Shown here: in pieces, positions 9,607-21,272 of the stretch
Numbering within the stretch: the first letter of the stretch is position 1
How the letters are laid out: each line of letters opens with the position of its first letter
Origin: Brevundimonas sp.
Lineage (GTDB): Bacteria > Pseudomonadota > Alphaproteobacteria > Caulobacterales > Caulobacteraceae
Reading direction: 5' to 3'
DNA length: 64,000 nt
Assembly: GCF_035626975.1 (NCBI RefSeq)
Contig: NZ_DASPMQ010000001.1
Location: 4,574-68,573, forward strand
The notes under the pieces: model-generated
Told to the model about the DNA's origin: nothing
Databases searched by the model: none
Seen by the model: the letters and a program-made list of their open reading frames with translations, nothing else
Program-made: the position numbers and the translations under genes

Positions 9607-10018
9607 AGCCAAAACCAGGCCCACCGAGGTTTCCGCAGCCGACTTCATCGCCGCCGTCGAGGACCCCAAACGCCGCGCCGACGCGGAGGCCGCCTGCGCG
9701 CTGCTGAGCGAGGCGACCGGCGAGCCGCCGGTGATGTGGGGGCCGTCGATCGTCGGCTTCGGCGCGTATCACTACCGCTACGCCAGCGGGCACGAGGGCG
9801 ATGCGCCGCTGGTCGGCTTCTCGCCGCGCAAGGGCAATCTGGTCTTCTACCTGTCCGGTTGCGACGAAGGGCGGAGCGATCAGCTCGCGCGGCTGGGCAG
9901 GCACAAGGCCGGCAAGGGCTGCGTCTACGTCAACCGGTTGGCGGATGTGGACCCGGCGGTGCTGAAGCAGATGGCGGTCTCGTCGGTCGAGCACCTGCGG
10001 GCGCTCTATCCCGGCTAA
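9596..10018 (+). CDS. DUF1801 (YdhG-like) domain-containing protein
   Basis: MWGPSIVGFGAYHYRYASGHEGD, LGRHKAGKGCVYVNRLADVD; ATG at 9596. Confidence 0.85.
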   Translation: MAYEAKTRPTEVSAADFIAAVEDPKRRADAEAACALLSEATGEPPVMWGPSIVGFGAYHYRYASGHEGDAPLVGFSPRKGNLVFYLSGCDEGRSDQLARLGRHKAGKGCVYVNRLADVDPAVLKQMAVSSVEHLRALYPG

Positions 10019-11499
10019 CGGCCGTAGGCGTCGAAGAACGGCTTCAGGTGCCTCTCATACCGCTTCCACGCCTCCTTGGACGAGGCGTACACAGGCTTGC
10101 GGACCTGGGCGAAGCTGGCGGTGGTGACGGCCCGTTCGATCTTGTGGAAGTCGCGGACGCCCTCTTCCCACTCCAGTCCGACGTGTTCGATGATCCGCCG
10201 CATCCAGGTGTCCGGATCATCCACCAGCGCCTCGTAGGGCACCGTCAGCAGGCTGTCGCCCAGCACAGCCGACCAGTGGGCGTGCAGCCGGTCCTCGCCC
10301 TTGAAATAGGCGGCGATGTCGGTCAGCGACCGCGTCCAGTCGACACCCCTGGCGAAGCGGGTGCGGTAGCAGGACCAGGCGATGCCGGCGGGATCACGGC
10401 GCAGCCAGATCAGCTTCGCCTTCGGCAGCACCTGATGGATCAGGCCGAGGTAACGGGTCTGGTTCAGGGTCTTGTCGACCACCTTGCCGGTCTTGCCGAA
10501 CCGCTCGTCGACCAGGTGCAGATACGCCCGGCCGATCCGGCCGGGCAGGGTTTCCGCGTCGGGGCGGTCAAAGGAGGCGCGGATCTCGTCCGGCGTATAG
10601 CCCTTGATGGCCATGGCCGCGGGCCGGAACAGATTGGCCTCGGCCCCGTCGACCACCTGCGAGTGGCTGACCAGAATTTGCTCGACCAGGGTGGTGCCCG
10701 AGCGCGGCAGGCCCAGCACGAAGATCGGCCGGTCGCTGTCCACTGTGCTCTTCGGCAGGCTGTCCCTGAAGACGTGGTCGTAGCCCTTGACCACCGCGTC
10801 GACGAAGGCGTCGGCGTTGTCGGCGTTGAAGGTGCTGTCGAGCTTCTGGAGCCTGGCCGCCTCATCGAAACAGGCAAAGGCGCGGTCGGTCTGGCCGGCG
10901 TCGTCCAGCGCCTTGCCGAGCGCATAGAGCAGAACGATGCGGCTCTGACGGTTGGCCTCCGATGTGCCGATCCGCTCCAGCATCGCCTCCATCTGCGCGA
11001 TGTCGGGATCGTCGGGCGTGAACTTCTTGATGTCCGCCAGCACATGCCAGGCGTTCTCTGCGCCGAGGTGCACCGTCGGCAGGGCGATGATCCGGCGCAG
11101 GTTGACGATGGCGGCGTCGTGGTCGCCGAGCTGGACCTGGCAGGTGGCCAGGAAGTGCAGCGCCGCCGGATCGTTGGGCCGTTCGCGGGCGAGGGCGGCG
11201 CCCTCGCGCAGGGCGTCCTGCGTCCGTCCGCTCTGGATCAGCAACTGGGCGTAGGCCAGCCGCGCCTCGGCGGTCGGGGTCGCGGCGACATGCTTGCGCG
11301 CCGCCGCCAGGGCCAGGGTGATCTCCCCGATGGTGGCGGCCAGCCGCGACACCGAAGCCCAGCGCGCGCCCAGCGGCGGGTCGGCCTGCACGGCCTTGGC
11401 CAGCAGATAGGCGGCGTCGTCGCGTTCGCGGGCCTGGAATGCGGCCAGCGCGCCGTTGACCAGCCGCGCTCCGTCCACCGTCTGCGTCGCCATGCTCAA
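10015..11499 (-). CDS. TPR-repeat sulfotransferase family protein
   Basis: PIFVLGLPRSGTTLVEQIL (PAPS-binding loop), TASFAQVRKPVY, N-terminal TPR-like helices. Confidence 0.88.
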   Translation of the reverse strand: MSMATQTVDGARLVNGALAAFQARERDDAAYLLAKAVQADPPLGARWASVSRLAATIGEITLALAAARKHVAATPTAEARLAYAQLLIQSGRTQDALREGAALARERPNDPAALHFLATCQVQLGDHDAAIVNLRRIIALPTVHLGAENAWHVLADIKKFTPDDPDIAQMEAMLERIGTSEANRQSRIVLLYALGKALDDAGQTDRAFACFDEAARLQKLDSTFNADNADAFVDAVVKGYDHVFRDSLPKSTVDSDRPIFVLGLPRSGTTLVEQILVSHSQVVDGAEANLFRPAAMAIKGYTPDEIRASFDRPDAETLPGRIGRAYLHLVDERFGKTGKVVDKTLNQTRYLGLIHQVLPKAKLIWLRRDPAGIAWSCYRTRFARGVDWTRSLTDIAAYFKGEDRLHAHWSAVLGDSLLTVPYEALVDDPDTWMRRIIEHVGLEWEEGVRDFHKIERAVTTASFAQVRKPVYASSKEAWKRYERHLKPFFDAYGR

Positions 11500-11563
11500 T
11501 CGTCCTCCCGAGGCAGTGGAGGGCTAGCCGCCCCCGGCCGCCGCCGCAAGCCGGACGGGACGT

Positions 11564-11794
11564 TCAGGCGGCGATACGGAAATCCTCGGCCGGATCGAAG
11601 GCGGGCCTGGCCTCGTCCCACAGGGCGTCCTCGTCGGCGTAACGGGCGGACAGGCGGGCGTCGATGACGTCGATCACCTGTTCCTCGAGCCGGTCCCAGA
11701 TCACGGCCAGATCGCCGCAGCCGTCGGCCTCGCACGGCACGATCAGATAGCGGGAGGCGGCGACGGCGGTTTGGGGGGTGAAAGCGCGGGCCAT
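11564..11794 (-). CDS. Small acidic hypothetical protein divergent from the WYL regulator
   Basis: 76-aa ORF with an AGGAG-like RBS upstream (reverse complement of CTCCT near 11802); clean codon usage. Confidence 0.6.
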   Translation of the reverse strand: MARAFTPQTAVAASRYLIVPCEADGCGDLAVIWDRLEEQVIDVIDARLSARYADEDALWDEARPAFDPAEDFRIAA

Positions 11795-11881
11795 GAGAGA
11801 ACTCCTGAAGCGGTGTGTCTGTCGATGGTTCGACTATGAGACAGCGTTGCGTCAAAATCGGACGTATGCTTCTGTGGAGGC

Positions 11882-12871
11882 ATGAGACACGACAAGGCGG
11901 CCATGGTCATCGACCTCGCCCGGCGCATGGCGGCGAGCGCCGAGGGCCTGACGCTGGGCGAGATCGAGCGCGACCTGGACGTGGGGCGACGCACGGCCGA
12001 GCGCCTGCGCGACGCCGTGATCATGCTGTTCCCGCAGACGGAGGAGGTTTCGGACCCGCCGAACAAGCGCTGGCGCATCCGCGGGGGCCTGTCGGCTTTC
12101 GAACAGGCCCCGACCACCGGGGAACTGGTCGAGCTGACCAAGGCCGCGCAAGGGTTGCGGGCGACCGGCGAGCCGGGACGGGCCGCCGCGCTGGAAGGTC
12201 TGGAGCGCAAACTGAAGTCGGCCATGCGCTCGACCACGCTGAACCGGCTGGCCCCCGATCTGGAGGCGCTGGTGCGGGCCGAGACCATCGCCGTGCAGGC
12301 CGGCCCCCGGCCGTCGGCGGACGAGGCGGTGCTGGCAGAGATCCGTCAGGCCATTCTGGCGGGACGGCCGCTGGGTTTCATCTACAGCCGGCCGGGGGCC
12401 GAGGCGCGCCGCCGCAGCGTCGCCCCGTGCGGGGTGATGTTCGGCCGCGCCAACTACCTCGTGGCCGCCGACCGCGAGAGCGGTCGCGTCCAGACCTTCC
12501 GCCTCGACCGGATGAGCGGGGTCCGGGCCGAGGAGGGGGTGGCCTCTCCGCCGGCGGACTTCGATCTGCAGGCCTTCGCCAGCCAGTCGTTCGGCATCTA
12601 TCAGGACGAGATCGAGGACGTGGTGCTGAAGGTGTCGCCGGACGGCGCGTCGGAGGCCCGGGCCTGGCGCTGGCACCCGACCCAGAGCCTCGAGGACCAG
12701 CCGGACGGCGGCGTCGTCGTCCGCTTCCGCGCCTCGGGCATGCGAGAACTGGCCTGGCATCTGTTCACCTGGGGCGAGCAGGTCAAGATCGTCGCGCCGG
12801 AACGGCTGAAGGCGGTGATGGCGGGGGAGCTGGCGGCCGCCGCAAGGGCGCTGGACGTCACGCGCCCCTGA
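11882..12871 (+). CDS. driD: HTH-WYL-WCX transcription factor, DriD-like
   Basis: MRHDKA..DLAR..SAEGLTL..GRRTAERLRDAV, APDLEALVRAETIAVQAGPRP, GMRELAWHLFTWG closely match Caulobacter DriD as I recall it. Confidence 0.8.
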   Translation: MRHDKAAMVIDLARRMAASAEGLTLGEIERDLDVGRRTAERLRDAVIMLFPQTEEVSDPPNKRWRIRGGLSAFEQAPTTGELVELTKAAQGLRATGEPGRAAALEGLERKLKSAMRSTTLNRLAPDLEALVRAETIAVQAGPRPSADEAVLAEIRQAILAGRPLGFIYSRPGAEARRRSVAPCGVMFGRANYLVAADRESGRVQTFRLDRMSGVRAEEGVASPPADFDLQAFASQSFGIYQDEIEDVVLKVSPDGASEARAWRWHPTQSLEDQPDGGVVVRFRASGMRELAWHLFTWGEQVKIVAPERLKAVMAGELAAAARALDVTRP

Positions 12872-12891
12872 CCGGGCTTGGGGATATTGCT

Positions 12892-12916
12892 GGAACCGCT
12901 CCCGTCAGTTGGCGTT
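12892..12916 (+). promoter_or_regulatory. EcfG/SigT-type promoter
   Basis: GGAAC-N16-CGTT, 40 nt upstream of the kinase start at 12957. Confidence 0.7.
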
Positions 12917-12956
12917 ATCGCCAGTTCCGTGACAGACGGAGCCCGGGGGCGGATGC

Positions 12957-14903
<1,947 letters not shown>

Positions 14904-14904
14904 C

Positions 14905-16344
14905 TCAGCCGCGCGCGACGGCGTCGGCGAACGGCCAGGGGCTGACGGACTTGGACCAGTCGTCGACCACCAGCGGCCGGTCCACCGGCGGGGCCGCGCG
15001 CTCGGCGCAGGGGTGGCGGTGGCACAGGCGACAGGCGGGGCCGATCGGGGTGACCTCGGGGGCGACGAGGTCGAGGCCGCGGGCGTGGATCAGGCGATGC
15101 GCATGCTTCAGCTCGCAGCCGAGGCCGATGGCGAGGTCGTGGCCCTCGGTGAAGGCGTCATGGCCCTGACGGTCGACGGTTCGGGCCAGGGTGAACCAGC
15201 GCTGGCCGTCCGGCGTCTCGATGATCTGGGTGACGATGCGGCCGGGCGTGCGAAAGGCGCTGTGCAGTCGCCAGCGCGGACAGGCCCCGCCGAAGCGCGA
15301 GAAGGGAAAGGCGCCCGAGGCGAACCGCTTGGAGATGTTGCCGGCCTGATCGACCCGCATCAGGAAGAAGGGCACGCCCCGCGCCGTGGGCCGCGACAGG
15401 GTGGTCAGCCGGTGCGCCGCCTGTTCGAACGACACCCCGAAGCGGGCCTGCAGCCGCGCCAGGTCGTAACCGGTCTCCTCGGCCGTCCGCTGGAACGCGG
15501 GGTAGGGCATCAGCAGGGCGGCGGCGAGGGTGTTGGTCAGCGACACCTTGAGCAGGCGGCGCGTGGGTTCGTCGGGCGCCGAGGCCGCGTCGGCGAGGGC
15601 GGTCAGCTCGGCGTCGTGCTCGGACAGGGCCAGCTGGAAGGCCACGGCGAAGGCGCGCGACGACGGGCCCAGGGTTTCGGACAGCAGGAGCCGCTTGCGG
15701 TGCGGATCGTAGCGGCGGGTCCATTCGACCATGACGTCGGCGGGCAGGGTGCGGACGGTCAGGTCATGGCGCGACTGCAGCCGGGCCCGGGCCCGGGCTT
15801 CAAACGATTCCCCCGGCGTCCCGGCCTCGAGCGTGTCCGCCAGAGCCTCGCCCAGGGCATCCAGCTCCGGAAAGTGGTTGCGGCGGCCCTGAACGTAATC
15901 CCGGACCCAGTCCGCGGGACTGTCGTCGCCCGCGCCGCCGGTGACGTCCGCCTCGGCCCGGTCGCGGGCGCGGCGGTCGGCGAAGGCGCGGTAGAGCCTC
16001 AGCAGGGCGTCGGCGGCGGCGGGCTGGTCCTCGGCCAACTGGACGATCTCGTGCCGCGGCACCGTCAGGCCCTGGAACAGCGGGTCGGCGAAGGCCTCGG
16101 CCAGTTCCGACTCGGTCGCCGGCCCGCCGGACTGGCCAAGGGTGCGCAGATCGACGTCATAGGTGTCGGCCAGACGCAGCAGAAGCTGGGCTGACACCGG
16201 TCTTTGGTTGCGCTCTATGTGATTGAGATAGCTGGGGGAAACGCCCAGGTCGGCGGCCATGGCGGTCTGGGTCAGCGCCAGATCGCGCCTGAGCCGCTTG
16301 AGGCGGCCTCCCAGGAACAGCTTGCGGTCGGCGTTCGCTTCCAT
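14905..16344 (-). CDS. XRE-family short-chain fatty acyl-CoA regulator (ScfR/RamB-like)
   Basis: N-terminal HTH (LGVSPSYLNHIERNQRP), FFLMRVDQAGNISKR, GACPRW, C-terminal CRLCHRHPC; divergent from aceA. Confidence 0.88.
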   Translation of the reverse strand: MEANADRKLFLGGRLKRLRRDLALTQTAMAADLGVSPSYLNHIERNQRPVSAQLLLRLADTYDVDLRTLGQSGGPATESELAEAFADPLFQGLTVPRHEIVQLAEDQPAAADALLRLYRAFADRRARDRAEADVTGGAGDDSPADWVRDYVQGRRNHFPELDALGEALADTLEAGTPGESFEARARARLQSRHDLTVRTLPADVMVEWTRRYDPHRKRLLLSETLGPSSRAFAVAFQLALSEHDAELTALADAASAPDEPTRRLLKVSLTNTLAAALLMPYPAFQRTAEETGYDLARLQARFGVSFEQAAHRLTTLSRPTARGVPFFLMRVDQAGNISKRFASGAFPFSRFGGACPRWRLHSAFRTPGRIVTQIIETPDGQRWFTLARTVDRQGHDAFTEGHDLAIGLGCELKHAHRLIHARGLDLVAPEVTPIGPACRLCHRHPCAERAAPPVDRPLVVDDWSKSVSPWPFADAVARG

Positions 16345-16354
16345 CACCGCACGA

Positions 16355-16394
16355 TGTCACAAAATGACTTAACAGCAGGTGTCATATCATGACT
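16355..16394. promoter_or_regulatory. Tandem candidate operators TGTCA-N5-TGACT
   Basis: TGTCA-CAAAA-TGACT (16355-16369) and TGTCA-TATCA-TGACT (16380-16394) in the regulator/aceA intergenic region. Confidence 0.5.
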
Positions 16395-16497
16395 GAATGA
16401 CGCGAAATGTGCCGCTTGCACTGTATAATTCATGACTGCGACGTGGTTCCCTTCGTGTCATCCGCGGCCTGACGCCGTGATCGCGCAGAGATCGACC

Positions 16498-17778
16498 ATG
16501 ACCACCTTCGCCGACCTCGTCCCTTCGCCCGCCGGCCGCTTCGACGGCGTCGAGCGCCCGTACACGCCGGAGGACGTTCTGCGCCTGCGCGGCTCGCTGC
16601 CGATCACCCATACCCTGGCCGAGCGCGGCGCCAACCGGCTGTGGCAGCTGCTGCACGACGAGCCGTTCGTGAACGCCCTGGGCGCCGTCACCGGCAACCA
16701 GGCCATGCAGATGGTCCGCGCCGGCCTCAAGGCCATCTACCTGTCGGGCTGGCAGGTCGCCGCCGACGCCAACACCGCCGGGGCCATGTATCCCGACCAG
16801 TCGCTGTATCCGGCCAACGCTGCGCCGGAGCTGTGCCGGCGCATCAACCGCACCCTGCAGCGCGCCGACCAGATCGAACACGCCGAGGGCGGCGTCAAAC
16901 GCGACTGGTTCGCCCCGATCGTCGCCGACGCCGAGGCCGGCTTCGGCGGGCCGCTGAACAGCTTCGAGATCATGAAGGCCTTCATCGAGGCGGGCGCCGC
17001 CGGCGTCCATTTCGAGGACCAGCTGGCCTCCGAGAAAAAATGCGGCCACCTGGGCGGCAAGGTGCTGATCCCGACCCAGGCGCACGAGCGAAACCTGATC
17101 GCGGCGCGCCTCGCCGCCGACGTCATGGGCGCCCCGACCCTGGTCGTGGCCCGCACCGACGCCGAGAGCGCGCAGCTGATCACCTCCGACGTCGATCCCC
17201 GCGACCATCCCTTCATCCGCCGCGACGACCGCACGCCCGAAGGCTTTTTCCGGCTGAAGGAGGGGACGGGCCTCGATCACTGCATTGCGCGCGGTCTCGC
17301 CTACGCCCGATACGCCGACGTGCTGTGGTGGGAGACCTCGCACCCCGACCTGGAGGACGCGCGCCGCTTCGCCGAGGCGGTCCAGCGCGAACACCCCGGC
17401 AAGCTCATGGCCTACAACTGCTCGCCGTCGTTCAACTGGAAGGCCCGGCTGGACGACGCCACCATCGCCAGATTCCAGCGTGAGCTGGGGGCCATGGGCT
17501 ACAAATTCCAGTTCGTGACGCTGGCCGGTTTCCACGCCCTGAACAACTCGATGTTCGAACTGGCCGACGGCTACCGCGACCGGGGCATGGCCGCCTATTC
17601 CGAGCTGCAGCAGCGCGAGTTCGCCAACGAGCCGCGCGGCTACACCGCCACACGCCATCAGCGCGAGGTGGGCACCGGCTATTTCGACGAGGTGGCGACC
17701 GTCATCTCGAACGGCCGATCCTCGACCACGGCCATGAAAGAATCCACCGAAACCGCCCAGTTCGTCGCGGCGGAATGA
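16498..17778 (+). CDS. aceA: Isocitrate lyase
   Basis: [10 protein letters not shown] catalytic motif, [30 protein letters not shown]. Confidence 0.97.
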   Translation: MTTFADLVPSPAGRFDGVERPYTPEDVLRLRGSLPITHTLAERGANRLWQLLHDEPFVNALGAVTGNQAMQMVRAGLKAIYLSGWQVAADANTAGAMYPDQSLYPANAAPELCRRINRTLQRADQIEHAEGGVKRDWFAPIVADAEAGFGGPLNSFEIMKAFIEAGAAGVHFEDQLASEKKCGHLGGKVLIPTQAHERNLIAARLAADVMGAPTLVVARTDAESAQLITSDVDPRDHPFIRRDDRTPEGFFRLKEGTGLDHCIARGLAYARYADVLWWETSHPDLEDARRFAEAVQREHPGKLMAYNCSPSFNWKARLDDATIARFQRELGAMGYKFQFVTLAGFHALNNSMFELADGYRDRGMAAYSELQQREFANEPRGYTATRHQREVGTGYFDEVATVISNGRSSTTAMKESTETAQFVAAE

Positions 17779-18002
17779 GCAGGAGAAGCCCCATGGAACC
17801 CATGTCCAGCCCGCAGGCGATCATCGATTTCTGCCTCGCGCCCCTGAAGCTCGAGACCGGCTCGGAGGCCGAGCGTGAGGTGCGCCGCCGGCTCGAGCAC
17901 GTCATCAAGACCTTCCGGGCCAAGGCCGCCCGGCCGGTCGCGGTAGACTTCTCGTCCATGCCCTCGCAGGTCATCAACGAGGCCGCGCACGGCTACGAAT
18001 AG
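17775..18002 (+). CDS. Small hypothetical protein coupled to aceA
   Basis: ATGA overlap with the aceA stop; the real start may be the later Met at 17793 or 17802. Confidence 0.6.
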   Translation: MSRRSPMEPMSSPQAIIDFCLAPLKLETGSEAEREVRRRLEHVIKTFRAKAARPVAVDFSSMPSQVINEAAHGYE

Positions 18003-18011
18003 GGTGTCTCG

Positions 18012-20315
18012 TCAGGCGGCGGCCAGCGCCCGGGCGGCCGCCCGGGGCAGGGTGACCAGCAGGTTCAGCAGCTCGGCCGCGTCGAACGGCTTGGCCAGGT
18101 GCAGGTCCGCACCGGCGGCCTCGGCCGCGGCGATGTGCTCCGCCAGGGCGTTGGCGGTGAGCATGACGATCGGCGTCCGCCCCAGCCCCATGGCCGCCTC
18201 GTGCAGCCGGATCTCCCGGGTCGCCGTCAGCCCGTCCATGACCGGCATCTGCATATCCATCAGGATCAGGTCGTAGTCGGCGTCACGGACCGCCTGGACC
18301 GCCTGGGCGCCGTCCTCGACGGAGGTCAGGGCCACGTCGGCCTGGCCCAGGATCATTTCGACCACGCGGCGGTTCACCGGGTGGTCATCGGCCATCAGCA
18401 CACGGACGGTCCGGCGCTCCTCCGCCGCGTCCTCCACCAGCGCCTCGCCGGACATCGCCGGCGCCTCGGCCGCCTTGAACGGGACCGTGAGGATGAAGGC
18501 CGAGCCGCCGGCCGGCTCGCTCTCGCAGTCCAGGTCGCCGCCCATCATTTCGGCCAGCTGGCGCGAGATGGCCAGGCCCAGCCCCGAGCCGCCGAATTTT
18601 CGGGTGATCGCCCCGTCGGCCTGTTCGAACCGGCTGAACAGCCGCTCCCGCGTCTGGCAGTCGAAGCCAATGCCGGTGTCCTCGACCGAGAAGCGCAGGG
18701 TCGGCGCGCCGTCCCGATCGGGGCCCGCGGCGGCCGTCAGACTGACGAAGCCCTCGGTGGTGAACTTGACCGCGTTGGAGACCAGGTTGGTCAGGATTTG
18801 CTTCAGCCTCACCACGTCGCCGGCGATCCAGCGGTCGGCCTCGGGCGCGATCTCGACGAAGAACTGCAGCCCCTTCTCCCGCGCCGAGGCCTCATAGAGC
18901 TGGGCGGCCTCGCGGACCGCGCGGCCGAGGTCGAACGCCTCCTCCGACAGCTCCAGCCGCCCGGACTCGACCCGCGCGAGGTCGAGGATGTCGCTGAGCA
19001 GGACCTGGAGCGTTCGCCCCGACGACTGGATCAGCTCCAGCATCTCCGTCTGCTGCGGCGACAGGTCGGTGCTGGCCAGCGCCTGGGCCACGCCGATGAC
19101 GCCGTTCAGGGGCGTGCGGATCTCATGGCTCATATTGGCCAGGAACTGGCTCTTGGCGGCGTTGGCCGCCTGGGCGGCGTCGCGGGCCTCGGCCAGGGCC
19201 CTGGCGTCGTTCTTCAGGTCGGTGATGTCGGTGCAGACGGTGACGATGCCGCCGGCCGCCGTGCGGCGGTCGGCCACGCGCAGCCAGCGGTCGCCGGCGA
19301 TGCGTTGCTCCATCATGGCCGAGAGGGCGCGGCGCGAGTTCATGCGCTCGGTGATCCACTCTGTCTCACGCCCCCGGGCTTCGGCGTACAGGCCCTCGTC
19401 CAGCCCGATCTGGATGATCTCCCGGAAGGTCATGCCGGCCTGGAGGTTCGACGACAGCTCCGGGTTCACCTCGTCGTAGCGGTTGTTCCACAACACCAGC
19501 CGATCGTCGGCGTCGAAAAAGGCCAGGCCGTCGGGCATGGCGTCGATGGCCTCGCGAATCTGGTTCAGGGCGCTGGCGCGCGAGAAATAGCCCATCCAGA
19601 CGACGGCGCCCGCGACGGCGACAATGGCCATGACCATGGCGGTCAGCACCATCAGCATGGTCGAGGCCGAAAAGCTCGGACCAAGGCCGCCCGTCGCGGC
19701 CATCGCCTCGGTCACGGGGGTAACGGCCATGGCGCTCATGGCCGTGAAATGAAGGACGATGATCGACAACGCCCCTGACAGGCAGGTCGCCACGAAGCGG
19801 GCGGCGCCCTTGCCGTAGACGACTGCCCCGGTGAGCAGCGCCATGGAGAGACCGCCGGCGACCGCGGCCCCCGCAAGGACGGGATCCCAGCCGATGGCGC
19901 GCCCCGGAAGCTCAAGCGCGGCGATGCCGACGAAATGCATGGCGGCCACGCCGGACAGGCCGACCATGCCGCCGAGCCCGCGAAACAGGCGGTTGCCCCT
20001 GATCATCAAGATCATGGAGCCGAGCGCCACGCCGCCGACCCCGAGGGCCAGGGAGACAAGGGTCAGAGACAGGCCGTATCGGACCTCGCCGCCGGCGTTG
20101 TAGCCTTGCATCGCCGCGAAATGGGTGGAGAAGGCCGCCACGCCGCCGACGACGGCGCCCATCAGGCCGACTTCGCGCCGGCGCGCGCGCTGCAGGCCCC
20201 GGGCCTCAACCAGAAGACGAAAGGCGGTCCCGAGCCCGAAGACGCACAGGACTCCGGCCGCCAGCGTCCAACGCCAGTCGTGCTCGATCGTCAGGCAGTA
20301 GAGTATCCGGTCCAA
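18012..20315 (-). CDS. MHYT-domain membrane hybrid sensor histidine kinase (MHYT-PAS-HisKA-HATPase-REC)
   Basis: STHFAAM / AMHFVGI / VLHFTAM MHYT-like repeats, LANMSHEIRTPLNG, GGSGLGL, REC domain; TTG start. Confidence 0.88.
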   Translation of the reverse strand: MDRILYCLTIEHDWRWTLAAGVLCVFGLGTAFRLLVEARGLQRARRREVGLMGAVVGGVAAFSTHFAAMQGYNAGGEVRYGLSLTLVSLALGVGGVALGSMILMIRGNRLFRGLGGMVGLSGVAAMHFVGIAALELPGRAIGWDPVLAGAAVAGGLSMALLTGAVVYGKGAARFVATCLSGALSIIVLHFTAMSAMAVTPVTEAMAATGGLGPSFSASTMLMVLTAMVMAIVAVAGAVVWMGYFSRASALNQIREAIDAMPDGLAFFDADDRLVLWNNRYDEVNPELSSNLQAGMTFREIIQIGLDEGLYAEARGRETEWITERMNSRRALSAMMEQRIAGDRWLRVADRRTAAGGIVTVCTDITDLKNDARALAEARDAAQAANAAKSQFLANMSHEIRTPLNGVIGVAQALASTDLSPQQTEMLELIQSSGRTLQVLLSDILDLARVESGRLELSEEAFDLGRAVREAAQLYEASAREKGLQFFVEIAPEADRWIAGDVVRLKQILTNLVSNAVKFTTEGFVSLTAAAGPDRDGAPTLRFSVEDTGIGFDCQTRERLFSRFEQADGAITRKFGGSGLGLAISRQLAEMMGGDLDCESEPAGGSAFILTVPFKAAEAPAMSGEALVEDAAEERRTVRVLMADDHPVNRRVVEMILGQADVALTSVEDGAQAVQAVRDADYDLILMDMQMPVMDGLTATREIRLHEAAMGLGRTPIVMLTANALAEHIAAAEAAGADLHLAKPFDAAELLNLLVTLPRAAARALAAA

Positions 20316-20381
20316 GTCGCCCCCATTCTCAACCGGACACTATCCAGAGAATGGGTGAACAAACCGTAGGTATGGCGCCGC

Positions 20382-21008
20382 TTAAGCGCTGATTTCTGTC
20401 ACCGGTATCTCGAATTCCCGACCCAGAACCGTGGTCGGATTGACCTGGGCGTGATCGCGGCGGACCTCGAAATGCAGGTGCGGACCGGTCGAATGGCCGG
20501 TTGAGCCGACGAGGCCGATACGCTCCTGGGCGGTCACGCGATCGCCGGTGGAGACGTCGACGCGGCTCAGGTGGGCATAGAGGGTGCTCATGCCGTTCGG
20601 GTGGCGCACTTCGATGAAGCGGCCATAGCCGTCGGCGTCGTAGCCGGTGCGCAGAACCTCGCCCTCACAGGCGACGAAGACACTGGTGCCCTGCGGCGCG
20701 GCCATGTCGACGCCCTTGTGCTGGCGCGCCCGGGCCTCGCCGGCGAGGCGGCGCAGGCCGAAGGCCGAGTTGATGGCGTAGCCTTTCAGCGGAGCGACGA
20801 AGGCGATCAGCCGGGTCATCGGGCCGGCAGGCGAGGCGACGGCGGTCACGGGCGGCGCTTCCGGCACGGCCAGTTCGGCGTCGGCCGGAGGATAATAGGG
20901 CTCCGGAGCGGGGGCGGCGGCCATGGCGAGCACGGCGACCGAGACCAGCGCGGCGGCTTGACCGGAATGGAACAGGAACGACCGGGCGGTCGGCAACAGG
21001 CGTCGCAT
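20382..21008 (-). CDS. M23 family metallopeptidase
   Basis: HKGVD, YAHL, GSTGHSTGPHLHFEVR. Confidence 0.9.
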   Translation of the reverse strand: MRRLLPTARSFLFHSGQAAALVSVAVLAMAAAPAPEPYYPPADAELAVPEAPPVTAVASPAGPMTRLIAFVAPLKGYAINSAFGLRRLAGEARARQHKGVDMAAPQGTSVFVACEGEVLRTGYDADGYGRFIEVRHPNGMSTLYAHLSRVDVSTGDRVTAQERIGLVGSTGHSTGPHLHFEVRRDHAQVNPTTVLGREFEIPVTEISA

Positions 21009-21272
21009 GGCGGCGTCGGCTCCGTCTTTTCGGCTCAATCTGAGCGGTGAAGGCGCCGGTGGGCCGCAAGCTGGCGACACTCTCGGCCGGCGACCGGGAG
21101 AGCTGTCTTTCTACGGGCAGGGCGGGGCGACTTTGGGGCCGAAAAGGTTCCCCCAGGGTGACAGGAGGTCGCAGCGGGGCGGTAAAAATCTGTGAGAAAA
21201 CAATGAAATCGCGCCCACGAAAAAGGCGCGCCACCCGAAAGCGACGCGCCTGATCCGTATATCGGCGGGTTG

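Noticed and set aside
9736-11667. Many long antisense or alternate-frame ORFs (e.g. 9736..11667 +, 21270..23120 +, 58274..60832 -)
   Set aside because: They are shadows of real high-GC genes on the opposite strand, have Arg/Gly/Pro-rich junk composition and show no motifs.
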